Source: Methanobacteriota archaeon
GTDB taxonomy: Archaea; Thermoplasmatota; Thermoplasmata; SG8-5; DAIRED01
Assembly: GCA_043799545.1 (NCBI GenBank)
Contig: JAZDNO010000026.1
Coordinates: forward strand, 64,001-128,000
DNA length: 64,000 bases
Reading direction: 5' to 3'
Shown here in pieces: positions 57,176-64,000 of the stretch (its first letter is position 1; each line of letters starts with the position of its first letter). The position numbers were made by a program, and so were the translations under genes. The notes beneath the pieces were generated by a model, which saw only the letters and a program-made list of their open reading frames with translations, did not search any database and was not told the DNA's origin.

Positions 57176-58066
57176 ATGATGCGGTACGGCAAGGCGTTTT
57201 GTCCAGGGCACGTCACTGGCTTCTTCGAGATTTGCGATTCAGACAGCGATCCATCGAGGAGAGGCTCCAGGGGAGCCGGGTTTTCCGCTGAGCTCGGTGC
57301 GGTCTCGCACGCCATGGTGGAGCCCAGAGATCACAGGAAAATCACGGTTGTAGTCCACGGGCTGGATGACTATGTCGGCGGGGACGTTTCCATCCGCGCC
57401 ATCAAGCATCTCATCGGCGAGCGTAAGTTGAAGGTCGAGGTCGAGACCGACCTGCAGCTCCCGCTGAGCCAGGGGTTCGGGATGTCGGGGGCTGGAGCGC
57501 TCTCGGCAACGCTGGCGGTCGTCGCCGCAGTCGGAGACGAATACGGGCTGACCCGCGAGGACGCGATAAAGGCGGCCCACCTGGCCGAGGTGGAATCGAA
57601 CACGGGACTGGGAGACGTCGCGGGCCAGTCGGTCGGCGGCTTCGAGCGCCGGCTGGAGCCTGGGCTTCCGCCCGATGGGAAAATCGCCAGCGCGAAGATG
57701 GACACCGAGGTCGTCCTTTGCGTCCTCGGGGGGGCGCTGGAGACGAAATCCGTGCTCGGTGACGCCGAGCAGCGCCAGAGAATCATCGAAGCCGGGCGCA
57801 AGGCCATGGGCGATTTCGGCCAGTCTGAAAACCTGAAGCGCTTCTGCGAGGTCTCGTGGTCGTTCGCCCGCGATGCCAGGCTCGCGACGCGGGAGATTGA
57901 GCGCGCCGTGGCGGACGCCAGTCCGCACGGATGCGCCAGCATGTCGATGCTCGGGCGCTCGGTCTTCGCCTTCGGGCACGCCGACGAGCTGGAGAAAGTC
58001 CTGCAGAAACACGGAAAGATGTTCAGATGCCGGATTGCGTCCGAAGGGGCGAAGGTTGTGGAATAG
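57176..58066 (+). CDS. pok: Pantoate kinase (GHMP family)
   Basis: PGHVTGFF, GSRGAG, GFGMSGAGAL, TGLGDV, SMLG. Confidence 0.92.
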   Translation: MMRYGKAFCPGHVTGFFEICDSDSDPSRRGSRGAGFSAELGAVSHAMVEPRDHRKITVVVHGLDDYVGGDVSIRAIKHLIGERKLKVEVETDLQLPLSQGFGMSGAGALSATLAVVAAVGDEYGLTREDAIKAAHLAEVESNTGLGDVAGQSVGGFERRLEPGLPPDGKIASAKMDTEVVLCVLGGALETKSVLGDAEQRQRIIEAGRKAMGDFGQSENLKRFCEVSWSFARDARLATREIERAVADASPHGCASMSMLGRSVFAFGHADELEKVLQKHGKMFRCRIASEGAKVVE

Positions 58067-58088
58067 TTTAACTGAATGTCGAATCGCC

Positions 58089-58694
58089 CTAACGCTCTGG
58101 TCCGTAGGCTTTCTTCGTGGTCATCGCCGAGCCAATTCCCGCAGCCGCTATGGACTTGCAGATGTCCAGCCCGATGAACGGCAGGAAGCCCATGGCGAGC
58201 GCATCGCCGATTGATGCGTTGACGGCTACTGCGAGCCAGGCCGTCCCGAATAGTAGTATTGAGATGGACGATGCAACCATCAGTGGAAGCAGGTATTTCA
58301 CCTTACGCGCCTCGAGCTTCTTCTCGGTCATCCATCCGACGATGAAGGCGATGATGATGAAAGCGACCAGGTATCCGGCAGTCGCGCCCGTTGCGTACTC
58401 GACTCCCCCGTTCATCCCCTGGAACCATGGCATCCCCATGACGCCTATGCCGACGTACATCAGCATGCTCGCTCCGCCCCAGTATGTGCCGAGCGCTACA
58501 CCGGCCAGGAGGACTCCGAACGTCTGCCCCGTGAGTGGGACCGGCGAAAATCCAAGCGGTATCCTGACCTGCGCCAGCAAACCGAGCAGGCAGGCGAATC
58601 CCAACGCCAGCATGACCTTCTGGACGAAATCCAGGCTGTATCTCCATTCGTGGTACCTGTGCCTCAAGTGCGCGTAACCGTCGACAAGCTCCAT
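58089..58694 (-). CDS. bioY: Biotin ECF transporter S component
   Basis: AQVRIPLGFSPVPLTGQTFGV, TAGYL. Confidence 0.93.
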   Translation of the reverse strand: MELVDGYAHLRHRYHEWRYSLDFVQKVMLALGFACLLGLLAQVRIPLGFSPVPLTGQTFGVLLAGVALGTYWGGASMLMYVGIGVMGMPWFQGMNGGVEYATGATAGYLVAFIIIAFIVGWMTEKKLEARKVKYLLPLMVASSISILLFGTAWLAVAVNASIGDALAMGFLPFIGLDICKSIAAAGIGSAMTTKKAYGPER

Positions 58695-58780
58695 CTGTTC
58701 ACCTTTGGTCGGGGAACGGCGATTACGTAATTAACCATTGTGCCCAGCCATGAGGACACTCTGGATGAACTGGCTCGCAT

Positions 58781-59077
58781 TCATTCGTAAAGCGTGAAGA
58801 GTTCGTCGTCCCCGCCCACGTCGAAGAGCCCCATCCTCGCCCCGCAATCGAGCCAGCCGTGCGCGTAGTTCACGCACGCGAACGCGTTGACCAGGTCGCC
58901 GGCTTCCCTGAAGTGCCTGGCGTCTTTGAAGTACGCCGTCGCCATAGCCATGAAGTCGTCCGCCAGCTTGCGGTTGAAGGAGCGCTCCGGAGCCGCCAGC
59001 TTAATTTTCGAGAGGGCTCTCTGAGTCTTCGCCAGATAATCGTCGAGGTGCTTTTCCGTGATTCTGTCTGAAGGCAT
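58781..59077 (-). CDS. DUF357 family protein
   Basis: AYFKDARHF...GDLVNAFACVNYAHGWLDCGARMG. Confidence 0.9.
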   Translation of the reverse strand: MPSDRITEKHLDDYLAKTQRALSKIKLAAPERSFNRKLADDFMAMATAYFKDARHFREAGDLVNAFACVNYAHGWLDCGARMGLFDVGGDDELFTLYE

Positions 59078-59642
59078 GCAAAATCGGCAAGCGCTTCGCC
59101 CTTAATAACGCATCGGCGCGGGCGTTTAGCCTGTCGAATACGTCCGGGGTCCATCCCTCCGCAGCCAGGTGCTTCCGCCTGTCGCGCCAGGCCGAGAAGG
59201 CGTAGAGCGCGAGCAGCAACGCGTAGGCCGAGAACACGACCGCCGGGGTGCCCCATGACCATCCCTGGAGCTGCACGCCCGGAAGGACTGGATAAAGGAC
59301 GCGCGTCGTGAAAGTGCCCTCGTGGACCGGAATATCCACGAGGATGTGCAGCAGCCAGGCCAAGAGCGCGGGGAGCAGCCGGGGCCGCACCCTCCAGACA
59401 ATAGCGGCCACGATTCCGAACACGAGGAGGCTGTGGAACAGGCGGTATACAACGAGTAACGACTGCGGGACTGTCGCCATGGCGTCGGCGTAATTCACGC
59501 TGGCCGTCACGTAGAAGAACAGGTAGAGCTCTATGAGCAGGAAGCCCAGGTCCGGCAGGACCGAGAAAACCAGGGCCTCGTCGCGCCACCGCTCGTCCCT
59601 CGCGTAGAGATTGGTGAACAGCAAGTGGAATATCGGGTCCAT
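59001..59642 (-). CDS. Membrane-bound metal-dependent hydrolase-like protein
   Basis: H near the N-terminus, SVLPD, FHSL, LHILVD; 77-nt overlap with DUF357. Confidence 0.75.
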   Translation of the reverse strand: MDPIFHLLFTNLYARDERWRDEALVFSVLPDLGFLLIELYLFFYVTASVNYADAMATVPQSLLVVYRLFHSLLVFGIVAAIVWRVRPRLLPALLAWLLHILVDIPVHEGTFTTRVLYPVLPGVQLQGWSWGTPAVVFSAYALLLALYAFSAWRDRRKHLAAEGWTPDVFDRLNARADALLRAKRLPILHAFRQNHGKAPRRLSGEDSESPLEN

Positions 59643-59738
59643 CGAAAGGAAAATATGGATTTTCTAGCGTAAATAATGATTGGTAGGGGTTTTGTGAATG
59701 GTGACCCGTCCATCTATCATCTGATTTAGAGCCGCTGT

Positions 59739-59920
59739 ATCTACGACTCTCAACGAAGTACTAGCATGGTTGATTCTACAAGAGAGTCGATGAATCAATC
59801 CTCTATAACTTTGATAGACTCTCCGCAGAATCTACGACTCCCAGCAATATACCAGCATAGTTGATTCTGCTTAGCGAGTCCGTGAATTAATCTTCAATGA
59901 CTTTAATGGACTCGCCGCCA
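59739..59920. repeat. Two degenerate ~91-bp tandem units (56/57-bp hairpin plus herA 3'-end copy)
   Basis: ATCTACGACTC at 59739 and 59830; AGCAT(G/A)GTTGATTCT in both; 59795-59824 encodes GESIKVIED* on the minus strand, like herA 59887-59916. Confidence 0.85.
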
Positions 59921-61389
59921 TGTTTCGTCTCCCTCGCCCTCACCTCGACTATCATCGGGAATCCGAGGTTCCCCCCGGCGATTAGAGCCATGCCGATGGG
60001 GAGGCGCTGGATCTCGTCGTCCATCCCCTTGGTCAGGCCCTCAATGGACGAAGTCACGGCCTTCAGGTCGAGCGGGTTCGTTATCTTGAGTATGAGCTGT
60101 GTGTTGCACTGGCTCAGGACGGATTTGTCCACGCGCGCAGGCCGCTGGGTGATTATGCAGAGCCCCAGGCCGAACTTGCGGCCTTCGGCCGCTATCGTGC
60201 GGATTATCTTGCTGCACGCCTTGACCTCGCCCTGGGGGCAGTAGTTGTGCGCTTCCTCGAACAAAACCATCATCGGCGGGACCTTCCCCTCCTTGCTCAG
60301 CTCATAAAGAGCCGTGGCCAGGCGGTTGACTATCATCTCGGAGATGTCCGCGTGCACCCCCCTCATGTTGAGGATGGTCGTCATCCCCTTCTGGACGATC
60401 TCGCTTATCTTCGTCCCGTTGGCCGCGAAGATGTCGATTTCCTTCAAATATTGCAGGTCGGATATCAGCGTGCCGCAGTCCACGTCCTCGTTCGCGTCCA
60501 GTATGTTGACCAGGTCGTCGATGGTGAAGTTCGGCTTGGCTGTCTTCAGGGCTTCGATGGCGCTCTTTAGCGTGGGAAGGACGTGCTTGATGTCCTTGAC
60601 GTTGAGCAGCGAGAGCAGCTCCCTGGCATCCATGTTCGCCAGCGTGAATTTCAAAGGCTTGGCGTGCGGGTTGGCCTTGGTGTTGGGGGAGAACTCGACA
60701 ACCTTGTCCTTGTAGCCCCTCGGCGTCACGCCGAAGCGATGGGTCGTCGCGTCGCTCTTGCCGCTCTGGCCGAGCGTGGAATATTCGCCGTGCGGGTCCA
60801 CGATGACGACCGTGACGTTGTGCTTCATCAGCTCCTCGATAACCACGCCGCTGATGTAGGACTTGCCGCCGCCTGTCTTGGCGAGGATGCTCATGTGCTT
60901 GTTGACGAGCGTGTTGATGTCCAAAAACACCTGGAGGTCGTGCCCTTTCAGCAGCCCGACGTAAGCGCCGACCTTCTCTCCAGCCTTCAGCCCCAGCACC
61001 TGCCGTATCAATGAGTCCTCGGCCTTGAAAACCAGCTCGCCGGCCCGGACGGGCGTTCCGGGGCTCTGGAGAAGGTTGCGCTCGTCCCTGTACCCTATGA
61101 CGCTCACGCTCGCCCTGACCTTCTCGTTTATCGGCATCGGTTGCCCGCTCGCCAGGCGCATGGCCCGCGCCTCTGAGAGGTCGCTGTGGCGCTCGACCTC
61201 CATGATTTGGCAGAGCATGTTCCCGTAGCTCTCGTGCTTCACCTGGACGTAGTCCATGCGCTCCAGCGGAGCCGTGACGCTGCAGCTGAAATCCTGCGTA
61301 CCTATCTCACCGTAGACTATCCCCACTGGTTCCCCAGCTTCCGAAGAAGATTGCTCCTGAACAGTATCCGACGCAGCATCCACGCGCAT
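59887..61389 (-). CDS. herA: HerA-family ATPase (HAS-barrel-like N-terminus), no nurA adjacent
   Basis: HMSILAKTGGGKSY, FEEAHNY, EGRKFG, TQRP, SQCNT. Start near 61389 (TATA at 61406-61413), not 61677. Confidence 0.88.
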   Translation of the reverse strand: MRVDAASDTVQEQSSSEAGEPVGIVYGEIGTQDFSCSVTAPLERMDYVQVKHESYGNMLCQIMEVERHSDLSEARAMRLASGQPMPINEKVRASVSVIGYRDERNLLQSPGTPVRAGELVFKAEDSLIRQVLGLKAGEKVGAYVGLLKGHDLQVFLDINTLVNKHMSILAKTGGGKSYISGVVIEELMKHNVTVVIVDPHGEYSTLGQSGKSDATTHRFGVTPRGYKDKVVEFSPNTKANPHAKPLKFTLANMDARELLSLLNVKDIKHVLPTLKSAIEALKTAKPNFTIDDLVNILDANEDVDCGTLISDLQYLKEIDIFAANGTKISEIVQKGMTTILNMRGVHADISEMIVNRLATALYELSKEGKVPPMMVLFEEAHNYCPQGEVKACSKIIRTIAAEGRKFGLGLCIITQRPARVDKSVLSQCNTQLILKITNPLDLKAVTSSIEGLTKGMDDEIQRLPIGMALIAGGNLGFPMIVEVRARETKHGGESIKVIED

Positions 61390-61501
61390 CCCATCCTGCT
61401 GTCTTGTATATAACGAATCTCGGATAAAAAGGTTTTCATGCATTGGGGGCGAAGGAATAAATACGGTCTCGCGGTATCTAGAAATGGACATGGGTGACTG
61501 C

Positions 61502-64000
61502 ATGAGGTTCAAGGGATTCATCGCGGCGGCAGTTGGTTTCTTGGTGGTGTCGAGCGCTCTGATGGCCGTGCTTCCCGGGGGGGTGGCTGGCGCCGTCTGG
61601 AGCACGAATACCGTTGTAAACGAGCCGTCGGGCGCGCAGCAGAAAAACCCGAGTATGACCGCCGGTCCGGACGGCATCCTTCATTTCGCCTGGGTCGACA
61701 ACCGGAACGGCGGCTCCGGCTCGGACATATTTTATTCGATGAGCGGAGATAACGGCACATCGTTCCTTTACCCCAACATAGAGGTGAGCGAGGGGCGGCT
61801 GAGCGGCTACACCCATGGAGCGCCAGACATCGCCGTGAACGCCAGCGGAACTGCCTTCGTGGCCTGGCACGAGTTCAACGGTCAGGACACGAACGTCAGG
61901 GTGGCGAGGAAAACCCCGTTCGCGGACGCGTTCCAGTCCCTGGGCATAATACACAAGGTCACCGACGGTAGCCAGGATTCGCCGTCCATCTCGTCGGGCG
62001 GAAGCAGCCTGGCAGTCGCGTGGAAAGACGGGCGGTCGGACAACCTCGTGAGGATTTGGGACTCGGAGACAGGGGCGCTAGTAAAGGACTTGGCCGGCCA
62101 CAACGGCTCTGTGACCTCGGTGGCCTTCTCCCCCGACGGAAAGAGGCTCGCCTCGTCCTCGGAGAGTGGAATAATAAAAGTGTGGAACGCGACCAGCGGG
62201 GCCCTCCTTTCAAACCTGACGGGGCATTTGGACATCGTGACCTGCGTCGCATGGTCGCCGGACGGCTCAAAGCTGGCATCCTCGTCATGGGACCACACGG
62301 TCAAGATATGGAGCGCCGCAGACTACGCCCTCGTCAAAACTTTGAGCAATTCGAACAACCCCGTCAACTCCGTAGACTGGTCTCCCGACGGCGCGCTCGT
62401 CGTCGCGGGCTACAACGGCGAGGGGATATACACCTCGGAGATTCCCGGGTTTCCGAACAGCCATTTCAACGTGACAGTCTGGAACGTCGCGTCTGGGACC
62501 GCCACCCTGGTGGGCGTGCATAACAACTCGGTCAACTGCGCGAGGTTCTCGCCAGACGGCGCGCACATCGCTTCTTCGTCCGGGGCAGTGAGCGACTCTT
62601 CGCTTGACAACTCCATCAGGATATGGAATGCGGGCTCGCTGTCGCTGGTTAGCGTAATCAACGTCGCGGGCGGATACGTCAATTCCGTGTCGTGGGGCCA
62701 AAACGGCATGCTCGCCGCGGGCGTCGAGAACGGTTCGGTGACGACCTACTGGAACCCCGCCATCAACAACACCGCCAGGGGGTTCATGTCCGCCGGGCCC
62801 GGAGCAGTGAAGGCCACAGACTGGCTGGCAAGCGGTCAGCGCATAGCCACCGGCGGGATGTCGGCGATAGCCACGGTCTGGAACTCAAGCTCGGCCGCGC
62901 GGGTCGCCGCGACGAGCCGAGGCGCCAACACCATACACGGGGTCTCGCTCTCGCCCGACGGGCGGTTCCTGGCGACGGGCAGCGGCAACTCGGCGCTATA
63001 CAGGCGCTCGGAGAGCCATGTCTACTGCGCGGTATCTGTCAACGGTGGCGTCACCTGGCCTATCCAGACGAGGGTGGACTCGGTGGGCGCGTTCGAGCTC
63101 GGCTCGCCAAGCGTCAGCATCGGCGCGAACGGCGACATAGGCGTTGCCTGGTGGGAGGCCAGAAACGGGGGCACTCCGAACATTTACTATGCGAATTCCA
63201 CGGACGGCGGAGCGACCTTCGCCCAGGACACGAGGCTGAGCGGCGGGGGCGGAGCCAAATTCGATCCATCCATTGCGCTTGATGAAAAGGGGGTCGGCCA
63301 CGTCGCCTGGCACGATGAGAGGGACAAGGACATCACGGGCTACCTCGACCGTTTTGACATCTACTACGGCAGGTCGGATTCGCCGGGGGTCAACGTGCGC
63401 GTGAACGCAACCGCCGTGGATGTCCAGCAGCAGAGCGCCGACATAGACGTCTCCAAGAACGGCAGCACCGTGGCCATCGTTTGGGTGGAGGACAGCGTCT
63501 CCATCAAGGTCGCGCAATCGAACGACGGTGGCGCCTCCTTCGGACTGCCCTCGGTAATCAGCGACACCGCGGTGGGCGTGCGCTACCTGCCGACGGTTGT
63601 CATCGCAGGAGGACATGTCCATGCGGCGTGGGAGGATTACAGGCGGGGAGACTCCAACGTCTACTTCTCCAGCACTGTCCAAAGCGACGAGTGGCCGCCA
63701 TCGGTCATAGGCGTTCAGCCCGCGCCAGGGGCGGCGACTGTCTCGGCCTACTCGCCCATCGTCGTCAAGTTCTCCGAGCCCGTGAAACGCACTTCCTTCG
63801 AATCGGCGTTCCGGATATCCGACGGCACCACTGCATGGACGGCCGAGAACCTGGTAATGACCTGGTCCGCTTACGGCAATTCCGTGTCCTTGGAGCCGTT
63901 TGGCTGGCATCTGTCGTATTACAGGACGTACACCGCGACTATCTCGGCAACTGTGGAGGACATGAAATCCAACGTAATGGCCGCGCCCTATTCGTGGACT
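61502..64000 (+). CDS. Secreted BNR-like propeller protein with nested WD40 propeller and Ig-like domain (3' partial)
   Basis: Not in ORF track (no stop in window). ATG 61502, RBS GGTGA, signal peptide; SxDxGxTF/W repeats; GH...VAFSPDG...IKVW WD40 repeats; IVVKFSEPV Big_5 motif; open to 64000. Confidence 0.9.
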   Translation, partial: MRFKGFIAAAVGFLVVSSALMAVLPGGVAGAVWSTNTVVNEPSGAQQKNPSMTAGPDGILHFAWVDNRNGGSGSDIFYSMSGDNGTSFLYPNIEVSEGRLSGYTHGAPDIAVNASGTAFVAWHEFNGQDTNVRVARKTPFADAFQSLGIIHKVTDGSQDSPSISSGGSSLAVAWKDGRSDNLVRIWDSETGALVKDLAGHNGSVTSVAFSPDGKRLASSSESGIIKVWNATSGALLSNLTGHLDIVTCVAWSPDGSKLASSSWDHTVKIWSAADYALVKTLSNSNNPVNSVDWSPDGALVVAGYNGEGIYTSEIPGFPNSHFNVTVWNVASGTATLVGVHNNSVNCARFSPDGAHIASSSGAVSDSSLDNSIRIWNAGSLSLVSVINVAGGYVNSVSWGQNGMLAAGVENGSVTTYWNPAINNTARGFMSAGPGAVKATDWLASGQRIATGGMSAIATVWNSSSAARVAATSRGANTIHGVSLSPDGRFLATGSGNSALYRRSESHVYCAVSVNGGVTWPIQTRVDSVGAFELGSPSVSIGANGDIGVAWWEARNGGTPNIYYANSTDGGATFAQDTRLSGGGGAKFDPSIALDEKGVGHVAWHDERDKDITGYLDRFDIYYGRSDSPGVNVRVNATAVDVQQQSADIDVSKNGSTVAIVWVEDSVSIKVAQSNDGGASFGLPSVISDTAVGVRYLPTVVIAGGHVHAAWEDYRRGDSNVYFSSTVQSDEWPPSVIGVQPAPGAATVSAYSPIVVKFSEPVKRTSFESAFRISDGTTAWTAENLVMTWSAYGNSVSLEPFGWHLSYYRTYTATISATVEDMKSNVMAAPYSWT

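Noticed and set aside
58750-58798. ATGAGGA...ATGA C/D-box-like pattern between bioY and DUF357
   Set aside because: No credible C' box or CTGA D box; guides too short.
59001-59077. 77-nt overlap of the hydrolase tail with DUF357
   Set aside because: Low-complexity tail, probably a drifted stop; DUF357 has its own TATA-like box at 59101-59108. No sign of frameshifting.
59739-59920. CRISPR mini-array, TIGR array or antisense-RNA reading of the tandem units
   Set aside because: Only two units, repeats ~75-80% identical and too long, no cas/Nop/IS110 gene nearby; most mismatches to herA mRNA would not form G-U pairs, whereas all are synonymous.
61390-61677. N-terminal extension of herA
   Set aside because: Overlaps the divergent promoter and the signal-peptide region of the 61502 gene.
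1-64000. Genome-wide TAG-to-pyrrolysine recoding
   Set aside because: TAG terminates many intact genes at their expected ends (2734 sensor aligned with its paralogues, rpl12, kae1, nadK, pok); no pyl genes in the window.
1-64000. tRNA/rRNA genes, IS elements, integrases, prophage
   Set aside because: No T-loop/cloverleaf, rRNA, transposase or recombinase signature recognised by eye; a short or split tRNA could have been missed.

Overview
High-GC archaeal window, most likely an uncultured Thermoplasmatota genome. This is inferred from archaeal informational genes (uL1/uL10/P1-P2, uS15, fibrillarin, Hef, Kae1, RFC, pantoate kinase) and a 'GWNLVSLPL' C-terminal domain on a surface protein. About 60 CDSs; I found no tRNA/rRNA, CRISPR array, transposase or integrase. 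Most of the window is housekeeping, plus a ~9.4 kb nucleotide-sugar/glycan island, two large secreted multidomain proteins, a trio of prepilin-like genes and a toxin-antitoxin pair. Two loci stand out. (1) 1-6728 looks like a kinase-free signalling cluster. Three two-component-type sensors (CHASE4-HAMP; TM-PAS-PAS; PAS-PAS) end in a V4R-like domain with a shared LEPYExxAYxL tail instead of a histidine kinase. They sit next to a degenerate KaiC-like domain fused to an MglA/CvnD-type GTPase (missed by the ORF track) and a DUF835-like protein. Three promoters in the cluster share an upstream motif. (2) 59739-59920 is a ~91-bp tandem unit overlapping the 3' end of herA. The distal copy re-encodes the last nine HerA residues and the stop using only synonymous changes, and each unit carries a hairpin with a compensatory base pair, suggesting stacked gene-end-replacement integration scars. 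Start codons were assigned by eye and family calls come from motif recognition, not database searches.
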